From NCBI RefSeq assembly GCF_009914755.1, contig NC_060930.1: a DNA stretch of 64,000 nt. The stretch is one strand, 5' to 3'. The DNA is from the human T2T-CHM13v2.0 reference genome, Homo sapiens. Below the pieces are notes generated by a model, which was not told where the DNA came from, searched no databases, and saw only the letters and a list, made by a program, of their open reading frames with translations. The first letter of the stretch is position 1, and each line of letters opens with the position of its first letter. The position numbers and the translations under genes are program-made. Positions 33,198-49,825 of this stretch are shown here, in pieces.

Positions 33198-36100
33198 GTA
33201 GGAAATTTTGAGAGGACTTGGATCTAGAATTTTCTTTATTTGGGACCTGGACTGATGTCATAACCAAGGCCTTCCCTGCATATTGGCTTAGAGGGTTACA
33301 GGGTGAATTGAGGGGACACCCACACAGTCTAGTTCTCCCCTCCTGCTGCTAGCCAGGAGACTTGCAGGGGCCCACCTTGTCATGAAGGCAGGTTTCCAGA
33401 AAATCTAGTTACCTTGCAAATCTGCCTCCTGCCCTTAACACCTGAGGCAAACTACTTTTCTATATTAAAAGAAGTGAAATCTTAAAATTTGAAGGACTTG
33501 AGGGTGCAATTAGTCTGGCTTTCCTACCTTAAATTAGAAAGTAGGCAAGCAGCCATGATCGGTGGTCGCTCACGCCTGTAATCCAGCACTTGGGGAGGCT
33601 GAGGCAAGAGGATTGCTTGAGCCTAGGAGTTTCAGACCAGCCTGGGCAATATAGGGAGACCCTATCTCTATTTTTTCAAAAAAAGAAAAGAAAGCTATAA
33701 GGTAATAGTATGTGGATGAATAGAATAACTGCTCCATTTTGTGGATAAGGAAACTGAGTCCCAGAGAGATTAAGTGAGTTGCCCAAGGACACACCCTTTA
33801 CCCTCTCACCCCCAGGATGGTTTTTGCCAGAAATAAACAATTAAGAGATTTCAGGTAGAGAACTTGAAAGGCAAAAAGTGTGGGAGCCTGGGAAGGATTT
33901 GATAGGCAGGCAGCCCAGCTGGGGTAGAAAAGCCCACTCTGCCCCCATCATTTCCCACTTCAGTCTGGGGCCAAGTGCTCAGAGCCAAAGTTACCTCTCT
34001 GGGGCCAGTGGACTGGGAGAAGCTGTTCTGCATTTGTGTCTGTTTACTTTTCTCTGAATTGCTCCTTTTGTTGAGTCTCATTCCTAAGGAAGGTTTTTGA
34101 GCCTGGATCGGTTTGGGAGAATTAAAAGCATGCATTTTCCTTCATAAAAAAATAAATTTCCCAAACTATGGCCCCCTGCCACCTCTGGACCATGGCTTCC
34201 ACCTCCTGATACTATCGCTTGGCTCCAAATTTGCTGAATTGTGTTAAAGGAATTTAAAAGCCTATAAAAACAATCATTTTGTCTAGAAGTAAGAAGTTCT
34301 GTCTGCCAGCACTGGGGTGGAGATGCTGGGCTCTTGCCTCAGATTTTAAAGAAGTTTATCCTGCTGTCGCCGGCTGGAATTCCAGGCCCTTGTATGATTT
34401 CATCTTCATAAATATAATTCTGGGACACGGCTTTATCTTTCTCTTGGTTTTACCACTTGAATACCAAAGTTAATTTCTCCAGCGTGTGCAACACCAAGGA
34501 GCCCAGCCAAAGGAGTAAATACAGAGTTACTCAAATGCTTACGAGAGTCATGCTGTGGTTCTCGAGGATGTTTTGGGAAGGGCAGTGGCCAGACAGGCAA
34601 AACTCTTGAGAACCCAGTTTCTTAGAGAATCTGTTTCCCCACCCTGGCCCAAGCTCCCCTTTCCCCGCAGCCTTGTTACCCCACCCTGTTGTCCACATCC
34701 CTGGGCCCTGGGCCCTGGGCCCTGTTAAAGTCACGTGTCTGTGGGCCCAGTGTCCAAAGGCAGCCTTGGGACAGAATTGGGGAGCTGGTTGTTAAGTGGC
34801 ACTCGGGGAGAAGGTGAGGGCCTCCAAGGCCCACTTCACCCACTCCACGGTGTGGCCTAGGGCTGGCCTGTGCCACCCTCTTGTCTGTTTCTTCCCATCC
34901 TGGGAATGGATGAACATGACCCTGCCCACTTCAGGCCTGTGTGAAGAAGGGATACAGCCACTTGTTTTGGTCCTTCTGAGATTGTTTTGAGGACTACAGA
35001 TGTTAAGGCTTCTGCCAATATTAGTACCAGTCAACTGAAGGCTAGCTGAAGACACCAGGCTGTCCCTGTCACCACATTAGCCGGTGAAATGGCTCTGGTG
35101 TTGCCATGAAAACATTATGGGCAAGGCCTGTGGCAGCAGCAGAGAGAACAGGGTTGGGGACAGGGGAAGATGGGGCCAAAACCCAAGACTCTGGAGGCCC
35201 TGAGTGGTGAAGAGAAAACCAAGACATGGCCCAGGGAGTCAGACTTCTGGCTCCCACTTTATATGGGCATATAAAGGGTTTCTCTGAAGGGCAAGAGATA
35301 GGAGGAAGAGATGAGAGAAGAGGCCCTAGGGGTTTTCTGTCATCATCAAGGTAAGGAGAAATGTCCCAGCAAGACCCATCTCTCTCTTTATCCCTATTCC
35401 TTGCCCTGGTCCCAGCCCCACCCCAGGGTTCACAGCTCCTTCCCTGGCACATAGCAGGTTGCATTTAATGCCTGTTGCTGGCAGTATCATGCCCTCAGAG
35501 GGGCAGTAGTTACCTGTGCAGGTGCATATGCTGATTGTCTCCTTAGTTTTCAAAATCAGAGGCCAGTCTTAGTGTCATTAGTTTTTAATCGGTAGCATGG
35601 CATATCTGCTCCCCTGGGTCTTGCCAGGCAGTGTAAACTTAAACTTGCTGCTGTACAATTCTTATCAGGGCCCTGGTAGTAAGAAATAACATTCCATGGA
35701 AGAGTGCCCAAAGGATATGCTGATTATCTATTTATCTAAAAAGTTTTCATCAAACCAGAATCTCAGAATGTTGTATACTTCAGCCACCATGTGCTGGTTT
35801 CTGCTGGAACTACCTTTGTTAAATTGCAATTAGGTATTTTTCTTTGGCTTACTTTGAAGCTGTGGCTAAAAATAGTTGCAAATTACAAAGCTCATGCAGG
35901 ATCTACTCTGGGGCTCTCGTTGAGGGTATTGCCCACTAAATCACACAGTGCCTCTTTAGGAGAACCCATAGAAGAGATTTTACTCTGGTCTTAGTACCAA
36001 GAGATGCCATTCTTAGGAGAAAGTAGTTTGTTTTTGTCTTTTGGACATAATTGCAAATTTTTGTTATTGGTTCTATTTCCTCTTTGCTTATGCTAGGAAA

Positions 36101-36200
36101 CTCAGAGCCATATGTGAAAGCATTTTTATTTACTAAACCCCCTGGTTTTATTTCGTTTTCTTTGCCTTCCTTTTCCTCCCCTCCTCATTCTTTCCTCCAG

Positions 36201-36324
36201 ATGCATAAGATGCCTGACCTATTTATCATTGGCAGCGGTGAGGCCATGTTGCAGCTCATCCCTCCCTTCCAGTGCCGAAGACATTGTCAGTCTGTGGCCA
36301 TGCCAATAGAGCCAGGGGATATCG
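36201..36324 (+). CDS. C6orf89: C6orf89 exon 8
   Basis: Long pyrimidine tract then CCAG|ATG, MHKMPDLFIIGSGE...IEPGDI, donor TCG|GTATGT, phase 1. Confidence 0.95.
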
Positions 36325-38325
36325 GTATGTAGGGCCCCAGGAGGGCAGGGTCAATGGATCTTTTTAGTTTTTAACTCAAAAGCTATTTTAAGAATCACAT
36401 ACTGCCTTCACAAAAGTTTTATTTAGTAGAATCAAAAATAACATTCTCCTGTTAACAGGCTCAATATTTATGCTTAGAAATGAAACAACTTAATGAGAAA
36501 ACATAGCAGAAAGAAATGGCTTGTACATACAACATATAGAATGCGTGTGTCTATTGATCATAGAAACTTCAAGTTAGGAAGGATTCTGGAAAATATTTAG
36601 ACCAATCCCTCGTTTTATAGATGAAAAGGTTGAGACCCAGAGAGGAGAGGTGACCACCCCAAGGCCCCACTGTCAGTCGAGCAGAGCGTCAGGTCTTAAG
36701 TGCCTGCTTGAACACAGTCAAGCCAGGAGAGGGACAATCAAGGACTACAGGAATATATACCCATTTTGCAAATAAAACAATACCAAGCAGTATATAAGGG
36801 CAATGGTCACACAAGGAAATGTTACCTTCTGTGTGGCTGCCACAGCCAAGTCACAGCCTCACATTGATGACTCACCCTTGACCCTGGCTCAGTGTTTGCC
36901 CAAATGTGACTTGTCCTGTGCCTTATATCCTAATTAAAAATCTGTTCCAAAGAAACAGGTTTGAATCCACTGCTGTCAGTAGCAATCTGTTTGACAGCCG
37001 AGTTTTCTTGGAAGAAGCAAATAAATCAGCGAGTGTCACCATTGACCTCCTTGCTTTTCCTGCCTCACAAAACCTAGGCAAGACCTGGAGTCTCTGGCAG
37101 AGCCCAGACTGGTTTTCCAATTGATTTCTTTTAATTTTACCCATTCAGAAGACCCCCAAGCCCCTAGAAACCTTGCATCTCATATGAGGGTAGGAATTGG
37201 ACTGCAAGCTATGCCAAGTCTTAATTTAGGTTACATAACTTTTATTTCAATTCAGAAATGAAAAATAAAAATAAGGTACAAATCAAGCATTAACTAATAA
37301 TGGAGCACAGCTGGCCTGGCTCTTGGGAAACTTCCTACAAAAACGAGGATTCTTGTATGGAAATCGTTCTGAATCTTTTTCCTGTAATGGAGTGACTCTT
37401 AACACAAGAGATGACTATTGCGAAAATCTCTCTGGCATATTTAGGTTTGGAGCATGTGGTTGTGCTTGAACAAGTTTCTGTTTTATATTTTACAAATGCC
37501 TAACAATTCAGACAACTACAGAAACACCTTAGTTATCTGAATTCCAGACTTCCGGCTCCCACGAGCAACCGGAATACCAATTACAGAATTAGGGAAAAAT
37601 TAAAAAAAAAAAAGTCTGGCAGTGATCAAGAAAGCTTGAGCATCAAATGCTGGTACAGATAGTCCAGATTAGCCTAACATCCGGTGCATGATACCTGCTG
37701 TGCTGTGCCTGGCTGGTTTGTTGACTAGAAAGAAAGGACCCCTATAGTTGGCAGTGTCTATAAAAGGCCAGTCACATGACAGAACACAGAGATGGATGGG
37801 GACTGAAGAGAAGAAGAAGAGGAGAGCAAGTCTGGGAGAAGAATGGGGGCAGGGAGGGGTGGGGAAGCCAGCGAGCACCTGAAGCAGTGACAGAAATAGA
37901 CATGATGGCTGTCACTGCCACGGTTAACAATGAGGACAGGAAAGCAGACCCTGACCAAGAAGAATCATTCAGTGTTACAGGACAGATGGCGGTTCCTCTA
38001 CCTTAGGGACCCTTAAGAATGGCACCATGACATGCAAGTTCTATGATTTTTGACAAAATGTACATTTTCCTGTGGAGATGGAGGGGAGAGGGGTTCCAGA
38101 TCACCAGAAAACCTTTTGGGGGTCAGGTACAACATCTGCAGTCACTGTACAGGATAGTCATTGCCCATCATGACCAAGTCACCAAGTAAAAGTTGAATTC
38201 TACTCAGTGCTCTTCATTTAAAGATGAGCAGGGCCCATAGTACGCTAGAATAAATTTCCCATCAAGAGATTTTTTTTGTTTAAAATTTTATTTTCTTATG
38301 GTAAAAACACTTAACATGAGATCTA

Positions 38326-38992
<667 letters not shown>

Positions 38993-39969
38993 TTAAAAGT
39001 ATTGTAAACTATAGGCACAATGATGTTCAGCATCACTGGGGATTATTGAAAGGTTGAAGTTTTTAGGTTTACCTTCATAGCCCACTCAAATGATAGGTCA
39101 GTGTTTCCTAAACGATTCTTCAGATTACTCATGACCCCACAGGTGGGACCAGAAGGCCTTTGAAAAGACCCTTGGCAAGTAGGGTCTCGAGTCAGTCGAC
39201 TTTGGGAAATGCCTGTCTTGTTGATGCATAGTACATTATTAGTGTATCAAAGATGTTGAAAAGCCTTGGGGAAACCTAGTGTTTCTCAGGCTTACTTGGC
39301 CATGGAACCTATTTTCTTTGGAATATCTTACAGGACACTACTGTTTGCCAAACCCAATTTGGGCAATGCTGGTTTAGGTTTAGGTTAATCTGGATGTTCT
39401 GTAATGAAACCACATTATAGATAGACACAGGAAAATTGGCTAGTAGGTCTTGTGTCCCCTCGGAATCCATTCTGTCTTCTTGCTGTAAAAGCTGAGACTT
39501 GATGCCCAACAGCAGCCTCATCTAGAGCATCCTGCCTTTGTAAGCCTGCTGAATTGTGATTCACAGTTCCCTGGGTGAGGGGTGGTGATAAAGCATTTAA
39601 AGAGGACTGATAATAACTAGGAATACTTATGCTAGGAAGTGCCAGAAGACTTTCAGAGCAATTTGTCTTTAAGCCAGGTGTAGTGGCCCACACCTGTAAT
39701 CTCAGCACTCTGGGAGGCTGAGGCAGGAGAATCACTTGAGCCCAGGAGTTCAAGACCAGCCTGGGCAATATAGTGAGACCCCTATCTCTTAAAAAATAAA
39801 AAAGGAAAGAAAAAGAAAAAAAAGGAAACTAAATTAAATAGAAAAAGATTTGTCTTTGACTCTGCAGTGCACCCTGAGGGCCAGCTCTGGCAGACCTGCC
39901 TTGCTCGTGCCCACAGGTGTGCCCACCCTCTGACATTTACATGCCTTCCTCTTGCTATTTCCCCTCAAG

Positions 39970-40064
39970 GCTATGTCGACACCACCCACTGGAAGGTCTA
40001 CGTTATAGCCAGAGGGGTCCAGCCTTTGGTCATCTGCGATGGAACCGCTTTCTCAGAACTGTAG
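39970..40064 (+). CDS. C6orf89: C6orf89 exon 9, coding part (stop TAG at 40062-40064)
   Basis: Branch-like CTGAC (~39930), acceptor TTTCCCCTCAAG|GC, (G)YVDTTHWKVYVIARGVQPLVICDGTAFSEL*. Confidence 0.93.
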
Positions 40065-43000
40065 GAAATAGAACTGTGCACAGGAACAGCTTCCAGAGCC
40101 GAAAACCAGGTTGAAAGGGGAAAAATAAAAACAAAAACGATGAAACTGCTTTCTGGGGGTTGGTTACTTAGTTACCTGCCCTTTGCATGCATGTGTGAAC
40201 CAGCTGTGAGCTGCAAGGCAGTGGCCAGAGCCTCGCCCTCCTGACTCTTCCTGCAGGTGGCTCAGGAAGGATTCAGCCTGGCCACTTGGCTAGGACTCTG
40301 CCAGCACCCATCTGAGACTGACCTCTTCCGGGCCTTTGGACACTATGACCTTGATGCTGCCCTTCAGGCAGGAAACAGGGCTGGTGCCTTTCTTCACCTG
40401 CATGGCCAGCTTCCTTCCCTGGCAGTGGAGAGGGCAGCCAACAGGTTCTAATGTCAGAGCCATCCTTTACCAGGTGGGCCTGCTTGTCCCTGTCTTGCCT
40501 GCCACATCACTCTACTTTTTGGAAGGCCATGGCTGATTAAAGAAGTTCTTGTAGTTTCCCAAGCAAAGTGGAATCTAGAAACAGTGAAAAAAGTTCAGAT
40601 AACTTTGAATTGCATTCAAGAAGTACACTTCTTTCCCATTGTCCGTGGCTCTTGGAGTCTCCGTGATGCCAGGCTAGAGTCTGATTATATAATAATTCAA
40701 AATGGTAACTCCCAAGGTAATGCTTTCTTCCATTTCATCAGGTTCTTTTATCCCCACTGCACCCCCTCCCCTTCTCCCTTGCCTATCTGGATGGCTTCTC
40801 AGAAGCTCGGCCCTAGTCCTCCCTGCCTTGGCGGGGCCAGAGCCCACTACTGCTGAGGCAGCACTGCTCTCGTCAGCTGTGTTGCCTTTACCAAGTGTCT
40901 TCAGAGGGTTATGAGTTAGAGTAGCTGGCCTGGGGAGAGGGTGCCTCCCTGGGTTTGATCTTTAGGGTCTGACTTTCTGCAGAGAAGATGTTTTACAGAT
41001 GTGTCAAAGCTGATGTAATGTGGTTGGGGGAGGAAATCCAGACCCAAAGTGTTTGTCAGCTGGGTGTACAACTGCCTATGTGATCCTCTGTCTTAAAATG
41101 ATTTCTGTCTGTGCTGCGAAACAAAGACAAGGTGAGGTGTTTTTCTTTTTTGTAATAATATAAAGCTGTGTGTTTCTGATTGGATGATTCACTATGTGCA
41201 TTGTTTTCTCCTAAGTGCTTTTAGTAGGTAGCAATCAAATGGTGTAAATAAGGATGTTCTTTTCCTGTTCCTTTTATTTTTTTCTCTCTTTATTATTCTT
41301 TTATTGACACCACTAGATAGCTGGCCACTGGTCATGCCATTGCCAAGATGAAGAAAAAGCAAACTACACTTTGGCCTCTGGTTCTGAATTGCAGAAATCA
41401 AAGGATGCAGTAGGTGTCTATGTCAGAATTATGGATCAGAGGCAGACAATGACGAGTGAAGATGGTTGTGAAGCCCTCTTCATTCCTGGAGGAGCCTGCA
41501 TCTCATCTCTCAGGCCCTCTTTCTCTGTGGGTCTCATGAACAGCAGTGGGGACCATTGAGCACTTGAATGGCCTGTTTGTCTATGGGCTTGCAAAGGACA
41601 AGCAGAGTTCACAGAGCTCAGGATAGAAACATCAGAGCCTCCTCCACGGGCTTCAGTGAAACTCCGATGAACTGTACCTGAGGGAATTTTTTCTTAATCA
41701 ACCCCTTGTGTGGATGAATACAGGAACAACAAAACTTGTGTACGTATGAAAGTCATGTTGTTAAGCAGTTATGATTTAAGAGGTTTTAAGTCAGAGGGAT
41801 CATCTGGAGGCCGGCTTTGTGCAAGCTTTTACAGCCTTCTGCAGTGTCCTTACCCTGGCTGTACATGGGGAAGGGCTATGTGTAAACAAGTGCTTTAGAG
41901 GCCTCTGAGAGTTTTTAAAAATCAGACCCATTAACAAAAGAGAGGGTTTCTTAGGAACAAAGCAACTATTTTGATTACTGAGATCTCTGTTTTGTTTCTG
42001 TGAGTTACTCTGTATTCCTTTCCCCATTTCACTCTTGCCCTTCACATCTTAAATGTCCATAAGAAACCCTTGCATGTGTTGGTATTCTGAGGCATCCCGT
42101 GGGAAAGTCCCCTAAGTCCCATTTTGTACTTCAACAAAAAATGACTGTAGCAGAAGATAAGTGGAGACTTTTATGGATATACTACTCATTTTACTTAAAA
42201 TCTACCCAGTTCAGACTTGAATGTAAACTTGTATTAGGGGAAAATTCTCCAAAGAGGGTTTTCTACATACACAGAAGCAGTTCAACTTCTCAAGTTAATT
42301 TTGATAAGCAGAATCTACTACTGGCCAGAGCGACAGGAGTGGCTAGGGGTTGCCAGCCAGTCCCTTTCTGATGATCAAGGCCCTGCACAGCAGGATGCCA
42401 CAGGATGCCCCTGCCATCTAGCTGGAAGCATCAAAAGTCCCTCTGTATGACCCGGTGTGGGAAAGAGGGTTGTCAGGATGAGAAAGTGGGGCTGCAGGGT
42501 GACGATAAGACCACCTAACCAACTCCCCACCTCCACCACCACAATAAGAACAAAACTGTAGGGCTCTAAAGAGAGGGGGTGGTTTACAAGTTTATTGAGC
42601 ATTTACTAGGAAGTGACATGGCGATGACCTCTGTACATGAGTTAGGTTCACTTTCATGTGGCCTCCCACTACAGAGATGCGTATGCCCAGAAGTCAGCTC
42701 TCTGAGGAGACAGGCTACTTTGGCCCCAGTTTGAAGCATTCTGTCCAAATGTCCTGAGCTCTCCAGCAGTCAAGTAGTGAATGGATACCATACTTATTAT
42801 GGTTGATGAAAAAAGGCAGAGCTTATCCTCAATTTTTTTTAGGGAAGAGAAGGAATAAAATAAAAGTGGTTCAAGCTGGGCATGGTGGCTCACACCTGTA
42901 ATTGCAGCACTTTGGGAGGCTGAGGCAGGCAGATCACTTGAGGTCAGGAGTTCAAGACCAGCCTGGCCAACAGGGTGAAACCCCATCTCTACTAAAAATA

Positions 43001-45590
43001 CAAAAATTACCCAGGCGTGATGGTGGGCGCCTGTAATCCCAGCTACACAGGAAGCTGAGGCAGGAAAATTGCTTGAACCGGGGAGGCGGAGATTGCAGTG
43101 AGCCAAGATTGTGCCACTTCATTCCAGCCTGGGCGACAGAGCGAAACTCTGTCAAAGGAAAGGAAAGAAAAGAAAAAAAAAAAGAGAGAGAGAAAAGAAG
43201 AGGGGAGGGGAGGGAAAGGGAAGGGAGGGGAGGGGAGGAGAGGAGAGCAGATTGGGGGGGCTCATGTTCTGAGAGAAAGGAATAATAGCATTTGTCTAGT
43301 ACATTCCAGTTTACAAAGTGCCTGATATACATGATCTCCTTTAATCTTCACCCAATCCTGTAAAGTAGGTGTTAGATCCCCATTTTGCAAGTAAATAAGT
43401 GGAGGCTTAGAGCAGTTAACCGCTGGCAGGTAGGTAGCTGGTTCCATAGCACATCATTTTCCTGCGGCATCACGGCATGGTGCCGAAGAAGACAGCTGTG
43501 GATGTCGTTGACTCAGATGTGCCTCCGTTGGGGTGGGAGAACCCAGGGATGGGGGTCAGCAAGCCAGGAACTCCGCAGGGTTTGTTTTTAAAACTCTGCT
43601 GGACAGAAGTGGAGGAGGAAAGAATCTAACCATATGACTTTTATAAAAATCCTTTCACTTTTCCCCTCCCCATTTGAAAACTCTTTTTAAGAGTGAATGT
43701 AGCTGAAACACAACTGTGTCCAGCCATTTTCCTGTCTCCACATTCTTCCAGATGTGTGACAGAGGAGGGACTCTGCTCAATTCCAGTTGTGGGTCCCCTT
43801 GGAGTTTACATCACTTGTTTTTCAATTCTTGGTTTTCTGTTCCCTTCTACCAAAACCCAGCATAGGACTCAGTGTACACTTACTTTAAAACAAAAACTCA
43901 CATTTCTTAGCTGCAGGTGATGGCCTCAGTCATTTTAATACAGCCTGGAATGAGTTTGCTTATTACCCAGTCACTTTCGTAGTGAATGTTCAAACCCCAA
44001 AGCAAATGTTTGCATCTCCTTGTCCATAAAGGAGAAAGCCAGGTTATAGGAGAAAGAGAGAGAAAGGCGCATGTCTGTTTGCACAGAGAGAGGCAATTTT
44101 GTCTACCTTTCGAGAATCAGTTATAAACAGAAGGGCCTCTTAGGATTTTGAGCTCTCCTGACAATGAAGGAAAAGCTCTCTTGAGTATACAAGTTCCACA
44201 CTCATTACCTTTCAGTGGTGACCCATCACCCACTACAATTTGTTGAAGGAAGGGAGTGTCAGAGATATGCTTTAAAGTTGTACTTTAGGCTGAAATTCTC
44301 TCTGTATTTGGACCTGCAGATGTTGTGTACAGAACCGATGCATGGCAGGGTCAGGAAGCTAGGAGAGTGAAGGCGCTTGTGGAGACAGCTCTGTAGCAAA
44401 TGAAACACGGAAGCCTCCGGGAATGTGTTTGTGTCACCAGCAGCAGGCATTTCCCTGTCCTCCCCACCCCCAGTCTCCACATCCCCAGCAGCCTCTTCCA
44501 GAAGCATGTCAGGGAGACGGACAGGTGCTCTCCTTCTCGTGCACCACATCCAAGTCCACCCACCGTGGACGCAGTGTGACTAAATGCTGGCCTTGAAGAG
44601 AAACCCTCAGCCAGCTTGTCTGTTGTCCAGGTCCCTCAGTGTCTCTGGTTTCCCTGCCCTGCATAATTTAAGCATTAGTGCCAAATACATCTGTCATATT
44701 CCTCTCCCTGGAGACTGCGAAATGTCCAGACTTTTTCAGACTAGTGGAGGGAAGGAATGTTACATAACTAAGTGGAGGCCTGGAACTGTCAGGATTTGAC
44801 AGGGCTGGACCAGAGACCCTTCCGCCTCTGCCTAGTGTGTCTGTCAGGCAGGCAGCAGCCATCAATCCAAGAATGAGCCATGGCGGCAAGCACTGTGTGG
44901 AGAAAGGAACCCAGCCGAGGTCTGAGTTTCAGACAGAAACTGGGGAGTTGGGACATCTTCTCTGTGCCAGGCTTCATTGACACCATCGCTCCCCACAGCA
45001 GCTCCTTGGGGCAGGGGGCTCACCTGTGCAGCCACCCTTACTCACAGTAGCATCCCATTCTTCACACTGCAACCCCCCAGCACTGTGGACCCTTCCAGGG
45101 AGGTGACAGGAGCCAGCAGACACATGACATTCCCAGAAAGCCCCATCTTATCCAGACAGGCTTCCCTCCATACTTCTTTCCACAGTTTTACCCTCAGAAA
45201 AATGTTGGCTGCAGTCTTCCCTTCCTTCACCTCCACCCTGGGGAAGGGTCAGTAACCAATGCCGAGGGTCGGGGAAGGAGGAGTCACAGGCAAGACAGGG
45301 ACTCAGCGCAGTGCTCCCGCCATCATCGGGGACAGGTGCCAGGGTCAGCTGCAGCTCTCCTTCCGGGAGCAGGGTGTGGTGGCCCTGGATGGTCCCAGGG
45401 AGCAGAGGGAGGCAGGCAGCTGTCACAGCCACAGCGGCTCTGAATGGCTTGAGCTTTTAGTATGTGTTCAAGTGCAGGATACTACAAACTGGTAAAGACT
45501 TCCACCATGTGAAGAATGTATGTAAATTAAAGTTTATTGTAATGAAGGTTTTTACTTTTTGCAATTAAAAGTGTTGGTTGATAAGAACTT
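40065..45590 (+). other. C6orf89: Long 3' UTR of C6orf89 (~5.5 kb) containing one sense Alu and a MIR
   Basis: Mostly repeat-poor sequence from the stop codon to a distal poly(A) signal cluster; end position inferred. Confidence 0.65.
42874..43190 (+). repeat. AluS in the 3' UTR with an expanded purine tail
   Basis: Dimeric Alu followed by GA-rich and (GGGGA)n sequence. Confidence 0.93.
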
Positions 45591-45620
45591 TCCTCTTGTT
45601 GGTGTCATTCTTTAATTTCC
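45517..45620 (+). terminator. C6orf89: Distal polyadenylation signal cluster
   Basis: TGTATGTA (45517-45524), ATTAAA at 45526 and 45564, downstream GU/U-rich CTTGTTGGTGTCATTCTTT. Confidence 0.7.
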
Positions 45621-47534
45621 AGTTTTCTCTTGTTTCCCCTTCTCCCATGACATGAGAGACTTCTAGCCATATCTTGCTCATGAGGCCGGCCTGTGGGGCT
45701 CCTCTGTGCCCGCCTGGCTTTGGTCTCTACCATTTGCACCCAGCACTGTCCTTGCATTCACAGCCTCCACTTTCTCCGCACCCCAGACGTTACCCACAGC
45801 GGCTTCTCATCTGCTATTCCCATGAATTCTCAAATCTCAGTCCCCCTGTTAATACCCTCCCCTGTCTGTGCACTTCACCCAGAATGCAGGTGAGCCCCTG
45901 GACGCCTTTTTTTTTCTCACCAGCTTGCTGCACACAGCCCAGATGCCCTCCCAGTGATGCCTCACCCACGGCGTCCTTGGTTCTCGCAGGACGGCCAGGC
46001 ATGTGTGCGGGACTCCAGGCCCCTTGCTGGCTCACCCCAGCTGCCCCCAGATGACAGGCTGCTCTCAGCACTTAGTTAACTCGGTGGATTTCAGTCAGAC
46101 ATTTTTGTGTGTGTTCATTTTTTAGCCATTATATATATATATACTTTCATATAAATGCATAAATATGACCATTTTTTATATGCTGTTAAGTGTCCTCCTG
46201 TTTAATTTTTCTCTGTTACTTGCTGCCCCTTCCTCTTCCCCATGTTACCCCACCCCTTTTCCTAGTCAGGTAACTGTGATATATACACAGCCATACTCTG
46301 CCGTGTATTTTTCCATAATTTCCTCCATGCTCTCTAATCATAAACAAGGTTTTGTTACTGCTTTACCGAAAATGGGATCATATTACAGGCCCTTTCTTTG
46401 TCCTGCTTTTCTTACTCAACTCCTCACAGAGTTCTCTTCAGGTCAGCTGGTAGGGCTCCAGTCCCTTCTTCTTGATGGTTAATACTCCGTGGCGTGGGTG
46501 TGCTGTCATTTATTCTGCTGTTGTCTTATTGATGGTAAGTCACATCCTGTTAAATGATTAGTCGGGCTATAAGTCAAGAAGTCTGGAGTCCACTTTAAAA
46601 TACTTGTTTTTACAAAATGTCCATTCTTGTTTGTTCCAACCCTAATATATTTTATTCAGGAATAAGATATATTATTCCTTTCCACAATTCTGTTCATTTA
46701 CCTGCTTGAAAACTGGAATTCAGCCCTCCCCAAAAACGGGGCGGGGGGTAAGGGCTTGATTCCCTGTTAAAACATGATGAGATAGCCTGTTTTCAGTCCC
46801 CTTCTTTCTCCACCCCACTATAGCATTTGATACTGACTTGTGGAGAACCCGTCCCTCCCTCCCTTGGCCTCTGTGGTACTCACTACCCCTTCCTGGACCT
46901 CTTCTTCCTACTCTGTCTCCTTTGTAGGATCGTCCTCTTCTGCCTGTCTCTGAAATTTTGGTCTCTCCTATGGTTCTGCCTGCAGTTTCTCCCTGGGATA
47001 TCTCAACTCCATGCTTCACCCTCCAGCCATGGGCAGATCACCTCCAGTCTATGCTCAGCCCACACCTCTCACTTGAGCAGTAGCCCTGTGCATCCACGTG
47101 ATGGGAGGTCATCTCTGCCAACTCCAAAGCACCTCTACATCACCATGTCCAAAAAGTCTATGGCAGCCGCAAGGGGTTCCTCTCCTTTTTCTTAGCCTCT
47201 ACTTCTGACCAGGACCAAGCTCAGGACAATCCTGCCTCCTTATCACATATCGAGCTCCACTGCTGCTGTCTCTGTCTAAGAGCTTGCTTCACTCTTAGAC
47301 TCTGCCAGTAATTACCTCACTGGTTTCTCGCCGCACATTCCCCATCCCAATTCACCATCCATGTAGCTGCCCTGATGTCTGGTCACCTCCCTTCCTTGCT
47401 CCTCAGTGACTCTCCATTGCCCACAGGAGAAGTCCTGGCCACCACTCCAGCCTCATCTCCTTTGCTTCCCCTTCTCATCTCCTGTGCCCCTCCTCTACTG
47501 GACCATCCTAATTCCTGGAAACGTCCAGGCTGGG

Positions 47535-49825
<2,291 letters not shown>

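Noticed and set aside
40257-45495. Several 60-95 aa ORFs in the 3' UTR (e.g. 40584-40856)
   Set aside because: Mostly GTG/TTG starts, no recognisable domains, and lengths expected by chance
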